From an uncultured SAR86 cluster bacterium (GTDB taxonomy: Bacteria; Pseudomonadota; Gammaproteobacteria; Magnimaribacterales; D2472): a stretch of DNA of 64,000 nt. A program made the translations under genes and the position numbers. The DNA lies in the NCBI GenBank assembly GCA_943789005.1, contig CALSSL010000002.1, positions 141,716 to 205,715 of the forward strand, given 5' to 3'. How positions within the stretch are numbered: the first letter of the stretch is position 1; each line of letters begins with the position of its first letter. The notes beneath the pieces were generated by a model. That model saw only the letters and a list, made by a program, of their open reading frames with translations, was not told where the DNA came from and did no database searches. This document shows positions 1 through 9,865 of this stretch, in pieces.

Positions 1-1
1 A

Positions 2-1228
2 GGCGATTTTAAGTCAGGACCGGAACCATATACCAGAGACTCTATGTCAGAAAGTGATAAATTAGCATGGAATGAATTTGCAAATCCTATGTGGGAAAAG
101 ATGACTGCCATGATGGAAGATGGAAGAAAGCTTCCAGATGGCTTTATTCAACAATATGGTGATACTGCTATTGACCTTATGACAGATAACCCTGAAGCTG
201 CTCAAGTAGCACTTGAGCTTGGTTTGGTTGATATGGTGGTTACAAGAGAAGGAATAAAAGCTTGGATGTTTGAAGAGTATCCAAATAAAGATAATGATAA
301 ATATTCTTTTCCAGATAGTATCTCAATATATGACTATCTATCAACTATTGAGAATGATGAAGAGACTTCAGAAAATAAAATAGCAGTAATAAATGTTGAA
401 GGTGCGATTATGACTGGAGAAGCAGCATATGGTATTGCTGGTTCTGATACTATCGTAAAAAATATTCAATCAGCAACAAAAGATAAAAATGTTAAAGCAA
501 TGGTTCTAAGGGTTAATAGTCCGGGTGGTGATGTGTGGGCAAGTGAATTGATTACTAATGCATTAAATGAATTCAAAGAAACAGACAGGCCTATTATTTC
601 TTCTATGGGAGATATAGCTGCATCAGGTGGTGTTTGGGTGACAACGAACTCTGATGAAATATGGGCTGAAGAAGACACTCTGACAGGATCCATTGGAGTT
701 TATGGAATCGTTCCAACTTTAGATGGAATTTATGATTGGGCAGGCATAAAGGTAGATGGCGTCAGTTCTACTAAAGCTGGTGAGTGGGATGAAAGAGAGG
801 CTATGCCTGAAAATATAACCAATTTAATTCAATCAAGTATTGATAGGATTTATTTTAAATTTGTAAATAAAGTTGCCGATAATAGGGATATGTTATATGA
901 GGATGTACTCCCAATTGCTGGTGGAAGAATCTGGTCTGGATATAAAGCACTAGAGTTGGGACTTGTAGACAAAATTGGTGATCTTGGAGATGCTTTAGAT
1001 TCTGCTGCAAAACTTGCAGAAATTGAAGATTTCTCAGTTAAAACTTATAAAAAACCATTGGATCCATTTGAATTATTTATTAATGGATTACTAGAAAATA
1101 TAAACATAAAAATTAACATTGATCCAAGATTGAAATTAATAAATTCAACTCTAGAAAAACACTTAAAAATAATAGATCCTAATAAAAAAAATATTTTAGC
1201 TTATTGTTTTGACTGCGAAATTAAATAA
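2..1228 (+). CDS. sppA: Signal peptide peptidase SppA (protease IV, 67K type), C-terminal part; the 5' end lies upstream of the window
   Basis: ORF 44..1228 stays open back to base 2 (GDFKSGPEPYTRDSM...). It carries SppA-type motifs LRVNSPGGDVWASE, SMGDIAASGGVW and TGSIGVYG. Confidence 0.85.
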   Translation, partial: GDFKSGPEPYTRDSMSESDKLAWNEFANPMWEKMTAMMEDGRKLPDGFIQQYGDTAIDLMTDNPEAAQVALELGLVDMVVTREGIKAWMFEEYPNKDNDKYSFPDSISIYDYLSTIENDEETSENKIAVINVEGAIMTGEAAYGIAGSDTIVKNIQSATKDKNVKAMVLRVNSPGGDVWASELITNALNEFKETDRPIISSMGDIAASGGVWVTTNSDEIWAEEDTLTGSIGVYGIVPTLDGIYDWAGIKVDGVSSTKAGEWDEREAMPENITNLIQSSIDRIYFKFVNKVADNRDMLYEDVLPIAGGRIWSGYKALELGLVDKIGDLGDALDSAAKLAEIEDFSVKTYKKPLDPFELFINGLLENINIKINIDPRLKLINSTLEKHLKIIDPNKKNILAYCFDCEIK

Positions 1229-1919
1229 CTTCTTTAATTAATGGTATTGTAATTCTTCTTTTCATTTCCATTGAGAGCTGATCAAGGCTCTCAAGGATTT
1301 TAACTAAATCAGAAATATTTCTATTTGCATAAGTAAGCAAATACTGAGCCTCTTTATTGCCTAACTCTATAGACCTAAGGTCTGCTATATACTTTAAAGC
1401 ATTTAGAATTTCATCATCAGAAAGAGAGTAAAGCTCGTGACTTTGAATTTTTCTAAGCCTTGAATCAAGATCATTTAAGTTAAAATTAATATTATGTATA
1501 TTTTTAGAGGATGTAAAAATTAATCTATTATTTGAGTTTAGCGATCTATTGATAAGATTAAACATCGCCGTTTCCCATGCTTTATTTCCAATAACATGAT
1601 CAATTCCATCCAGACAAACCAATTCAATTTCCTCTAATGAATCAAGAATATCAGTACTTAGTTTAATAGCTTGTTTCATAGGTAAAAAGAGTGATGATTT
1701 TCCATTATTGTTTGTTCGATTACACAGGGCTTGAAGTAAATATGTTTTCCCTGAATCTTTGGGTCCAAAAATTAATAGATCATCAGCAAAATCTGCATCT
1801 TGAAGCAAGTGTAGTAATTGTTTGTTTGATTCGGTTGGGTAAAAACCCTTAAAGGAGGACTTATTTTCTTTATTCCATGGGAAGGTAAGCTGTTTTGGAT
1901 TATTCATTATGGTATTCAT
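1221..1919 (-). CDS. hda: DnaA-inactivating AAA+ protein Hda
   Basis: 232 aa with Walker A-like FGPKDSGKTYLLQA and a DnaA domain III-like layout. It sits next to purM/purN as in other Gammaproteobacteria. Confidence 0.8.
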   Translation of the reverse strand: MNTIMNNPKQLTFPWNKENKSSFKGFYPTESNKQLLHLLQDADFADDLLIFGPKDSGKTYLLQALCNRTNNNGKSSLFLPMKQAIKLSTDILDSLEEIELVCLDGIDHVIGNKAWETAMFNLINRSLNSNNRLIFTSSKNIHNINFNLNDLDSRLRKIQSHELYSLSDDEILNALKYIADLRSIELGNKEAQYLLTYANRNISDLVKILESLDQLSMEMKRRITIPLIKEVI

Positions 1920-2451
1920 TTATACTTGTGAACCAGTTTCGCGCATACACAAAAAGACTAAGCAAGGTAACTATTATGATAAAAATATCAAGTAGTAACA
2001 TAGAAGCAGCAACGTTAAAGATCTCAAATATAAAAACAATAACAATATATGCTATTTGAAGCCCTGTAGTAAGCTTTCCTAAAATATTTGGAAGCGGTGT
2101 TTCAGATTCTATTAAAGTCATATGAACAGCAGCTCCCAAAAGAATTGCCAGATCTCTTCCAATAAAAATCACAAATATATATGAAGGAATATATGAGTTA
2201 AGCCATAGAAAAAGTATAGTTCCGGATAATAAAAGCTTATCAGCTACAGGATCTAATATGGTGCCTAGATAGGTTTGCCAATTCATTCGTCTTGCAAGAA
2301 ACCCATCCAATGCATCAGTCAAAGAAGCAATTAGGAAATATCCAAGACTAATTAAGAAGTTGCTCATTAAAATATTATTTAAAATTGGGTAAACAAGCCC
2401 TATTCTTACTATTGATAAAAGATTTGGTATAAAGATAAAATATTTACTCAT
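1900..2451 (-). CDS. pgsA: CDP-alcohol phosphatidyltransferase (PgsA-like)
   Basis: 183 aa polytopic membrane protein with the CDP-alcohol transferase motif DALDGFLARR...G..LDPVADK. Confidence 0.8.
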   Translation of the reverse strand: MSKYFIFIPNLLSIVRIGLVYPILNNILMSNFLISLGYFLIASLTDALDGFLARRMNWQTYLGTILDPVADKLLLSGTILFLWLNSYIPSYIFVIFIGRDLAILLGAAVHMTLIESETPLPNILGKLTTGLQIAYIVIVFIFEIFNVAASMLLLDIFIIIVTLLSLFVYARNWFTSINEYHNE

Positions 2452-3467
2452 TTTACATAAACTAAATTTAGTGTCTCTGATTTTTTAAAAGTATCAATAT
2501 CAAAAAAACTATTATTTTGAATATCTCTTTGGAGAGAATCCATATCACCAATGATGGTAGCTTGATACTCAATTATATTATTTTTAAAGCTAAGAATCTC
2601 TAGATCAGATATACCTATTAATTTTAATAATTTATCTTTAGAAATTTTATAATCTTCATATGAAGTTATGCCCTTCACGTCAATTTTAGTAAAAAAAATA
2701 TTGGAAGTGTCTATTATCAAATCTTTGAAAGCGTCAGAGATAATAGATTCGATATGTTCTAAAAAAATAGTTTCAATATCTTTTTTATAAAACTCACTTG
2801 AAATAACAGTATTTATATCACCAGAAAAAGACCACTCGTTAAACCCTGTATTTATTAGTTTTATGTCTACAAGATGGTCAAAATCATATTTAGAAATTAG
2901 GTACTCTTTAGGAGAAGATAGGATATTGAAATCTGATAATGTTCTTTGGTCTTCTAAATCAAAAATTGGCATCTCTAAAAAAATACCTCTTTGGTTTGAG
3001 AGCCTATCAAGTGTGTTTATAAATATATTGTCTAGAGCATTTTTAGATTCTCGAGAGACAAAATAAGATGTTTCTGTACCTGACTCTATTTCAATTAAAA
3101 AAAATATCATAGGCCTTGAGTGACTAATGATTGGTATGGATAGCTCTTTAAACTTTGAAATTACCTTATCTTGGTTAAATTTTACCTCCAAGAAACTTTT
3201 ATTATCATAATTTTTAATAGAATAACTGGTAATAAAATCTTTTCTAAAAGAGCCAGAGTTTATAATCTTCCATATATTCGATGGTGAATTTGAGCCACTA
3301 ACTCTAAAAACAAGATTGTTGAATGAGATATTGATAGAAGATTCTATGCTAGAAGAATTTTCAATAGGCTCATATATAGTAAAAAGTTCGTTAAATTCCT
3401 TTCCATAAGACTGATTAGAAAAGATAATAAGACCTACTATAAAATGTTTAATAAAATTGTTATGCAT
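2448..3467 (-). CDS. Hypothetical exported protein (position and size fit the DUF2066 family found divergent from purM)
   Basis: Long ORF 2448..3497. The internal Met at 3467 gives a signal-peptide-like N-terminus (MHNNFIKHFIVGLIIFSNQSYG) and avoids overlap with the purM start. The family name is from memory of synteny only. Confidence 0.6.
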   Translation of the reverse strand: MHNNFIKHFIVGLIIFSNQSYGKEFNELFTIYEPIENSSSIESSINISFNNLVFRVSGSNSPSNIWKIINSGSFRKDFITSYSIKNYDNKSFLEVKFNQDKVISKFKELSIPIISHSRPMIFFLIEIESGTETSYFVSRESKNALDNIFINTLDRLSNQRGIFLEMPIFDLEDQRTLSDFNILSSPKEYLISKYDFDHLVDIKLINTGFNEWSFSGDINTVISSEFYKKDIETIFLEHIESIISDAFKDLIIDTSNIFFTKIDVKGITSYEDYKISKDKLLKLIGISDLEILSFKNNIIEYQATIIGDMDSLQRDIQNNSFFDIDTFKKSETLNLVYVK

Positions 3468-3490
3468 TTCTTTCACAATGAGTATTCTAA

Positions 3491-4522
3491 ATGACAAAAG
3501 AAATTATAGAAAATGATCCTTATAAATCTGCCGGTGTTGATATTGGTGCAGGCAACGAACTTGTTGATCTTATTAAGGAAGATGTTGCCTCTTCACACAA
3601 TCAAAATGTGTTAGGAAATATTGGCGGATTTGCTGGAATGTTTAAACTCGATAAAGGGTACAAAAATCCCATATTAGTTGCATGTACAGATGGCGTAGGA
3701 ACTAAAGTAGCGCTCGCACAAGAATCAAATAAACTTGATAATATAGGACAAGATCTTGTAGGAATGTGTGTTAATGACTTGATTGTTTGTGGCGCTAAGC
3801 CATTATTTTTTCTAGATTATTTTGCCTCATCAAAATTAGAAATTAATGAAGCATCTAGAGTAATTAAAAGTATAGCCAAGGCATGTAGAGATTCAAGTTG
3901 TGCGTTGCTTGGAGGTGAGACTGCGGAGATGCCTGGCCACTATGTAGGAAAAAACTTTGATCTTGCCGGGTTTTCTGTTGGGTGTGTTGATGAAGATAAA
4001 GTTATAAACAACAAAACTATTAAAAAAAATGATGTTTTAATTGGAATTGAATCTAGTGGACCCCACTCGAATGGTTTTTCGCTTATAAGAAAAATAATCA
4101 AAGAATCTAAATTAAACAATGATGAATACAATCATTTAGTAGATCTTGCACTAAAACCAACTCACCTTTACCCCAATTTGATCATGGGACTTCTTGAAAA
4201 ATTTACTATACATGGCATGGCACATATTACTGGAGGTGGTTTAACAGAAAATATACCAAGATCAATTCCAAAAAACCTTGCTGTAAATATTGATACTAAT
4301 TCATGGCATATGCCTGAAATTTTTAAATGGCTTAAAACTAATGGTAATCTAAAAAATCTTGATATGTATAGAATTTTTAACTGCGGCATTGGTATGGTTT
4401 TAATAGTTAGAGAAAGGGATTCTGGACCACTAATAAAAGAAATTAGTAAACATAATTTTAAATCTTTTATTATCGGGAATGTTATAGATAAGGATGCTAA
4501 TAATTCAATAGTTTTTACTTAA
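3491..4522 (+). CDS. purM: Phosphoribosylformylglycinamidine cyclo-ligase (AIR synthetase)
   Basis: 343 aa with typical PurM blocks (GGFAGMF, DGVGTK, DDLIVCGAKPLFFLDY, HITGGG). Confidence 0.97.
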   Translation: MTKEIIENDPYKSAGVDIGAGNELVDLIKEDVASSHNQNVLGNIGGFAGMFKLDKGYKNPILVACTDGVGTKVALAQESNKLDNIGQDLVGMCVNDLIVCGAKPLFFLDYFASSKLEINEASRVIKSIAKACRDSSCALLGGETAEMPGHYVGKNFDLAGFSVGCVDEDKVINNKTIKKNDVLIGIESSGPHSNGFSLIRKIIKESKLNNDEYNHLVDLALKPTHLYPNLIMGLLEKFTIHGMAHITGGGLTENIPRSIPKNLAVNIDTNSWHMPEIFKWLKTNGNLKNLDMYRIFNCGIGMVLIVRERDSGPLIKEISKHNFKSFIIGNVIDKDANNSIVFT

Positions 4523-4526
4523 TTTG

Positions 4527-5174
4527 ATGAAAAATATTGTTGTTTTAGTTTCAGGTAGTGGCAGCAATCTTCAAGCCATTATTGATAATTGCAAGATAAA
4601 ATATATAAATGCTCAGATTAAATGCGTTATAAGCAACAATCCAGACGCTTATGCTCTGCAAAGAGCAACTTCTGCAAATATTGATAGTATTGTAATTAAT
4701 CATAAGGACTATTTATCGAGAGATGAGTTTGATAATAAATTAATAAGGGTTTTAGATAAATTAAATCCTGATTTAATAGTTCTGGCAGGCTTTATGAGAA
4801 TCCTTACAGAAAAATTAACCAATAAATTTGTTGGAAAAATTATTAATATTCACCCTTCTCTGTTACCGAAATATCCAGGGTTACATACCCATCAAGAAGT
4901 TATTAAAAATAGAGATATTATTCATGGTGTTTCAATTCATTATGTTTCTTCAGAGTTAGATTGCGGTCCACTTATTGCACAAGGAGAAATTAAAACAAAA
5001 ACATTTGATGATATTAACTCTCTAGTAGATAGAATTCATAAAATAGAACATTTAATGTATCCTGAAATTATTAAATACATATGCGAAGATAAAATTTCAC
5101 TAAATTCAAATCAAGTAAAATTTAAAAATATAAAAACCAAAGACTGTATTATTTACAATAAATATGAAATATAA
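4527..5174 (+). CDS. purN: Phosphoribosylglycinamide formyltransferase
   Basis: Carries VLVSGSGSNLQAII, LAGFMRIL and NIHPSLLP motifs and lies directly after purM. ATG at 4527; a TTG at 4524 is also possible. Confidence 0.95.
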   Translation: MKNIVVLVSGSGSNLQAIIDNCKIKYINAQIKCVISNNPDAYALQRATSANIDSIVINHKDYLSRDEFDNKLIRVLDKLNPDLIVLAGFMRILTEKLTNKFVGKIINIHPSLLPKYPGLHTHQEVIKNRDIIHGVSIHYVSSELDCGPLIAQGEIKTKTFDDINSLVDRIHKIEHLMYPEIIKYICEDKISLNSNQVKFKNIKTKDCIIYNKYEI

Positions 5175-5844
5175 ATTACTTTTAATTTTCGTTGTTAGCT
5201 TTGGAATCAATGCAATTGAAGTGTCTGACTATGAAGCAAGATATTCTTTTGAATCAGATGAGATTAATATTGAAGGTATAAGAAAGTTTTCTAAGAATGA
5301 TAATGGCTATAGCTTAGGCTTTAAAGCTAAAAATCTTCTTGCATCTATGAGCTTTGAATCTAGGTTTTTTATAAAAAACTCTAAAATCATTTCCAAAGAC
5401 TACATCATTAAAGTTAAGCCTAAATTTGTAAATAGAGATCAAGAGATAATCTACAATTATGAAAATCAAACTCTTAGTTCCATTGGAAGAGACTCATGGA
5501 ATGTACCTCTAAATGCAGATATTGAGTCTGTTGATCCTTTAAGTGCTCAAATTCAAATTAGATTAAATCTACTTCAAGGAATGAATGAATTTTCATTAAA
5601 ATTGTTAGAAGTAAAGAATGGAGAGATACAGGACAATTTTTATAAAATAATAAGAAATGAATCATGTGTTTTAAGTGGGAACAACTACGAATGTGTTGTC
5701 TTAAAGAGGTTTAGAGAAAAAGAAAATAGAGAAACTTTATATTATCTAATCCCAGATCTTGATTATATGTTTCTTAAGATAATAGACACAGGGCCTGAAA
5801 GAAATCAGAAACTTGAGCTGCTAGATATATTAAGTCTTGGGTAA
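5164..5844 (+). CDS. Hypothetical exported protein (DUF3108-like by position after purN)
   Basis: 226-aa ORF with an N-terminal signal-like segment [17 protein letters not shown]. It overlaps the purN end by 11 nt. Function unknown. Confidence 0.6.
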   Translation: MKYKLLLIFVVSFGINAIEVSDYEARYSFESDEINIEGIRKFSKNDNGYSLGFKAKNLLASMSFESRFFIKNSKIISKDYIIKVKPKFVNRDQEIIYNYENQTLSSIGRDSWNVPLNADIESVDPLSAQIQIRLNLLQGMNEFSLKLLEVKNGEIQDNFYKIIRNESCVLSGNNYECVVLKRFREKENRETLYYLIPDLDYMFLKIIDTGPERNQKLELLDILSLG

Positions 5845-6399
5845 GGTTACTCCTGTTTGCCCTTGATACTTCCCACCTCTATCTTTATAACTTGTTTCAC
5901 ATTCTTCATCAGACTCAAAGAACAGCATTTGAGCAACACCTTCACCAGCATATATTTTAGCTGGAAGATTGGTTGTATTTGAAAATTCTAGTGTCACATG
6001 ACCTTCCCATTCAGGCTCAAGAGGTGTGACATTAACTATTATTCCGCATCTAGCGTATGTAGATTTACCAAGACATATTGTTAAAACATTTCTTGGAATT
6101 CTGAAATACTCAATAGTTCTGGCAAGAGCGAATGAGTTAGGAGGAATAATGCATATATCAGATTCTATATCCACAAAACTCTTCTCATCAAAAGATTTAG
6201 GATCAACTATTGCTGAATGAATATTAGTAAATACCTTGAATTCATTTGAGCATCTAACATCATAACCATAACTTGAAACACCATAAGAAATAAGCTTGTC
6301 TCCCTTTTCATCTATTCGAACCTGATTCTCTGAAAAAGGCTCTATCATTTTTTTATTCTTAGACATCTCTGATATCCATTTATCTGATTTAATCGACAT
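5830..6399 (-). CDS. dcd: dCTP deaminase
   Basis: 189 aa, full-length similarity to Dcd ([42 protein letters not shown]). Confidence 0.95.
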   Translation of the reverse strand: MSIKSDKWISEMSKNKKMIEPFSENQVRIDEKGDKLISYGVSSYGYDVRCSNEFKVFTNIHSAIVDPKSFDEKSFVDIESDICIIPPNSFALARTIEYFRIPRNVLTICLGKSTYARCGIIVNVTPLEPEWEGHVTLEFSNTTNLPAKIYAGEGVAQMLFFESDEECETSYKDRGGKYQGQTGVTLPKT

Positions 6400-6986
6400 T
6401 TATTTCTGTTCTCCCTTGAATTGCTCTTGCGATAGTATTTCCATCAACATACTCTAACTCTCCACCAATAGGAATTCCATATGAAATCCTAGATACTTTT
6501 ATATCCTTTATATGATCATTAATATAAATTGCAGTAGCATCGCCCTCAACAGTAGAGCTAGTTGCTAAAATCACTTCTTCAATATTTTCAAGTTTAATAA
6601 GTTTTAAAAAATCATTAATACCAAGATCTTCTGGACTTACTCCCTTCTATAGGTGAAAGCCGTCCAAGAAGAACAAAATATTTACCTCTATAACCTCCTG
6701 TAGACTCAATAGCTAAAATATCAGACGGACTTTCAACAACACATATGCTTGTATTATCCCTAGATGTATCTGAGCAAACTTTGCATAAAATATTAGAGGT
6801 GAGCATTCTACACCTTGAACACCTACTAATATTCTTTAATGCTTCTAACATAGTATTTGCAAGAACACTTGCTCCATCCTTGTTTCTATCAAGTAAATAT
6901 AATGCCATTCTTTGAGCTGACTTTTTCCCAACCCCCGGGAGAATTGTTAAAGCATTAATTAGATCATTTAGGAGGTCTTGATGCAT
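6389..6986 (-). pseudogene. recR: Recombination protein RecR, reading frame interrupted by one extra nucleotide near 6641-6644
   Basis: The N-terminal HhH and Cys4 part is in ORF 6615..6986 and the Toprim part in ORF 6389..6574. Shifting one base after ...GRLSPIEG restores VSPEDLGINDFLKLIKLENIEEVILATSSTVEGDA. Confidence 0.9.
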
Positions 6987-6987
6987 A

Positions 6988-8628
6988 TTAATTTATAGGT
7001 TTAATTGATCCGTCTTTAATATTACCATCAAATTTATCTAAGAACTTTTGAATAGATGGATCTGATAATATATCTTTCTCAGCTTTTGATTGTCTATCAG
7101 ATTCCTGCTTCTCTTTAACATGAATAGGGGATTTTGAAGCAATACCATGCCTGACTTCAATTGAAATAGTTTTTTTAAAATACTCTTCACAAGCAGACTT
7201 AAATTCCATATGTACATTTTCTGGTATTTTATTTTCTTCATTTAAACCAATCAAAACTAAAGACAGATCATTAAAAGATTCAAACTCTAAATAGCCAAAA
7301 TAATTTCTAGCAAATGGGCTTAATTCTAAAGAGTTAAAAACTTGAATCCATTGATCATTGCTTGTGATAGCTACTTTTTTTGAAGGATCGTTATTAATAA
7401 TAGTTTCTATTACTTTTGTCTCCTGCTTTTTATCGTCAGATATTGCGTTAGTATTAATTTTTTTAGAAAAATTTTCTTGGGTAATTTTAAGCGGGTGATC
7501 AGTTTTTAAATTTTTTTTTTCTGTGTTTTGTTTGTTTGGTTGCGCGTCAAGCTTATGAAGTGGGTTAAAAGCTAACATTCTTAAAATACATATTTCTAGT
7601 GCCTCCTTGGGATTAGGGTGAACATTAAACTTTGAATATGAATTAACAGCTATCTCATATAAAAGTTGACAAAACTCATCATCAATTTTTATTGCCAGAC
7701 CTTTGATATTCTCATCAGTTGTATTCTGTAAAACCTTTTCTAGAGAAGTTTTATGTAAAATAGAAATTATACTTTTTAAAATAATTTCATATTCAGGAGA
7801 TAACTCTTCGATCTTTGCAAGATCATCAAACGCCGATTGCCCTGAACCATCTATGACGGAATGAAGCATTGATATTAAATGAGAATTATCTATGGTTCCT
7901 AATAACTTTTTTACATTTTTAGCTTCTAATACTCCACTACCATGAGCAATAGCTTGATCTAAAAGGGTTAATGCATCTCTAACAGAGCCAGAAGCAGCAT
8001 CGGATATAAGTTCAATACTCTCATCATCAAAATTAATTTTTTCAGACTCTAGGATCATTTTTAAATGACTGGAGAGAACGACCCCTCCAACAGTTTTTAA
8101 ATTTAGTTGTAGACATCTTGATTGAACAGTTTTTGGTAGTTTTTCAGGATTGGTGGTAGCAAGAATAAAAACCACATGCTTTGGTGGTTCTTCAAGATTT
8201 TTAAGCAAAGCATTAAAGCTTTCGGTAGTTAACATATGAGCTTCATCTAAAAGATAAACTTTAAAACGTCCATTTGATGGAGATTGAGGAACGGTTTGCA
8301 GAAGACCTTTCATTGCATCTATGCCTCTTTGAGAAGCTGCATCTTGTTCATAAAAATCTAAAGATCTTCCAAGTTTTATCTCCTCACAATTTGAGCAACT
8401 ATTACATGGAGTTGAAACAGGGGAATCAGCTGATAAGCAGTTTAAACATTTAGCTAAAATTCTTCCTAATGTAGTTTTGCCAACACCTCTAGTGCCAGAA
8501 AAGATAAATGCTTGATGCATTCTATCCTGCAAAATACTATTTGATAATGCTTGAATTATATGATCTTGCCCGACAACTTCATCGAAATTAGTTGGTCTAT
8601 ATTTTCTTGCTAAAACCTCGTAGGACAT
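6988..8628 (-). CDS. dnaX: DNA polymerase III subunit tau/gamma
   Basis: 546 aa with Walker A GTRGVGKTT, a Cys zinc module (CLNC...CNSCSNC), SRC motif (VQSRC) and DEAHML. Confidence 0.97.
   Translation of the reverse strand: MSYEVLARKYRPTNFDEVVGQDHIIQALSNSILQDRMHQAFIFSGTRGVGKTTLGRILAKCLNCLSADSPVSTPCNSCSNCEEIKLGRSLDFYEQDAASQRGIDAMKGLLQTVPQSPSNGRFKVYLLDEAHMLTTESFNALLKNLEEPPKHVVFILATTNPEKLPKTVQSRCLQLNLKTVGGVVLSSHLKMILESEKINFDDESIELISDAASGSVRDALTLLDQAIAHGSGVLEAKNVKKLLGTIDNSHLISMLHSVIDGSGQSAFDDLAKIEELSPEYEIILKSIISILHKTSLEKVLQNTTDENIKGLAIKIDDEFCQLLYEIAVNSYSKFNVHPNPKEALEICILRMLAFNPLHKLDAQPNKQNTEKKNLKTDHPLKITQENFSKKINTNAISDDKKQETKVIETIINNDPSKKVAITSNDQWIQVFNSLELSPFARNYFGYLEFESFNDLSLVLIGLNEENKIPENVHMEFKSACEEYFKKTISIEVRHGIASKSPIHVKEKQESDRQSKAEKDILSDPSIQKFLDKFDGNIKDGSIKPIN
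7511..7520 (-). other. A10 homopolymer in dnaX codons 370-373 (GAA AAA AAA AAT); candidate slippage or frameshift site for a gamma-length product
   Basis: T10 on the plus strand at 7511-7520. The -1 frame reads AAA UUU AAA AAC UGA and the +1 frame reads AUU UAA, so both stop within 1-4 codons. Confidence 0.35.
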
Positions 8629-8649
8629 AGCGATAAATCATAACATGAG

Positions 8650-9090
8650 CTAACTAAAAACTGAGTCAATTTCTTCAAAAGTAAAGCCTCTATTTTGTAA
8701 AAAACTTTTTTGCTTATTTCTTTCTCTAAAGTCTTGGGATGCACCGTTTTTAAACTTTTTATTAAATGCCTTTTGGGCAGCTTCTTTCCATGCACCCTCT
8801 TCTTCAATTGCAGAAGATGAAATTGAACTATTTATCCCTCTAGACATTAATTCAAATTCAATCTTCTTAGGTCCAAAGCCCTTTCTTTTTCTGACAAGCA
8901 CGTACATCTGTGCATAACGGGAGTCATTAATGAGATTATTTTCAATGAGTTTTGTAATTACCTCATCAATAAGGTCTGGGATATCAAATTTTTTTAATAG
9001 CTTATTTTTTAGCTCATGTTTTGAATGCTCTCTTCTTGAAATAATATCTAGAGCTTTGTTATAAACGCTTGCAAAAAATTCGTCATTCAT
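8650..9090 (-). CDS. recX: Regulatory protein RecX
   Basis: 146 aa with the repeated three-helix RecX pattern (ALDIISRREHSKHELKNKL...; RYAQMYV...KGFGPKKIEFEL). Confidence 0.8.
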   Translation of the reverse strand: MNDEFFASVYNKALDIISRREHSKHELKNKLLKKFDIPDLIDEVITKLIENNLINDSRYAQMYVLVRKRKGFGPKKIEFELMSRGINSSISSSAIEEEGAWKEAAQKAFNKKFKNGASQDFRERNKQKSFLQNRGFTFEEIDSVFS

Positions 9091-9549
9091 TTAATCAAAT
9101 GGTACTACTCGAGATTTACCATTTCTTTTAATAATTCTTACTTTTTGATCTTTAAAATAATTATATGAGCTTACCTCTTGAATAATAGAAATTAACTTTC
9201 CAGCATCTGTCTCTATCAATAATTCAATCCCATCTTTTTTTGTAAGTTTAGATCCAACCTCTGATCCTATTGCTGACCCAACAAGTCCGCCAACAAGAGA
9301 AGCAATATCTGATTCAGTCTCAGAGTCAGTAACATTCTTTCCAGCAACACCGCCTATCAATGCCCCTGCAGCAGCACCAGCCTCTCTGTCTCCTTCTATA
9401 GTTACAGAGGTAATATCTTTAATTGTTCCAAGAACAACATACTGTTGTTTTTGAGCATCAGATCTACTGACAACGTCCGGGGTATATTGATAATTGACAC
9501 AACCTACAGTAGTAAGTATAAAAAATACTGCGAATAAATTTTTACTCAT
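9091..9549 (-). CDS. Outer-membrane lipoprotein with a glycine-zipper segment (SlyB/Slp-like)
   Basis: Lipobox FFILTTVGC and Gly-rich zippers (AGAAAGALIGGVAG, LVGGLVGSAIGSEVG). Confidence 0.7.
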   Translation of the reverse strand: MSKNLFAVFFILTTVGCVNYQYTPDVVSRSDAQKQQYVVLGTIKDITSVTIEGDREAGAAAGALIGGVAGKNVTDSETESDIASLVGGLVGSAIGSEVGSKLTKKDGIELLIETDAGKLISIIQEVSSYNYFKDQKVRIIKRNGKSRVVPFD

Positions 9550-9865
9550 TGTTTTGCTCCTTTAGAGGCTTATAATATTTAATAAGATCCTCTGTAATAA
9601 TAAAAAAATCTTTGTTTTTACTAGAACCATTCATCAATTTAACTTTATAAATTTTTTCATTAAAAGATGGTTCAACTATTTGTATAACATCGCCCTTATT
9701 TAGTCTTTCTATATTTCGATCATCAACAATTGAAAAGACATCCCAGTCTCCAAATTGCCTTGCTCTATATGTATGATATGCATCATTAGGCATAAAGTAT
9801 AAAACCTTGCTATTCGTTGGTGATAACTTATTGCTACTTGAATCTAAGAAACCACTCTTCACCAA
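9542..9865 (-). CDS. Hypothetical protein; it may really start at 9951 with a signal peptide that is read in another frame
   Basis: 107-aa ORF starting at a TTG. Upstream, ATG 9951 opens MIKYFLSFLFLLSLEIISEE... in a different frame, which closes at about 9845. Confidence 0.5.
   Translation of the reverse strand: MVKSGFLDSSSNKLSPTNSKVLYFMPNDAYHTYRARQFGDWDVFSIVDDRNIERLNKGDVIQIVEPSFNEKIYKVKLMNGSSKNKDFFIITEDLIKYYKPLKEQNNE

Noticed and set aside
12-30. AAGTCAGGACCGGAACC resembling the conserved SRP (4.5S) RNA helix-8 motif
   Set aside because: It lies inside the conserved sppA reading frame (GDFKSGPEPY) and lacks the complementary strand needed for the SRP hairpin.
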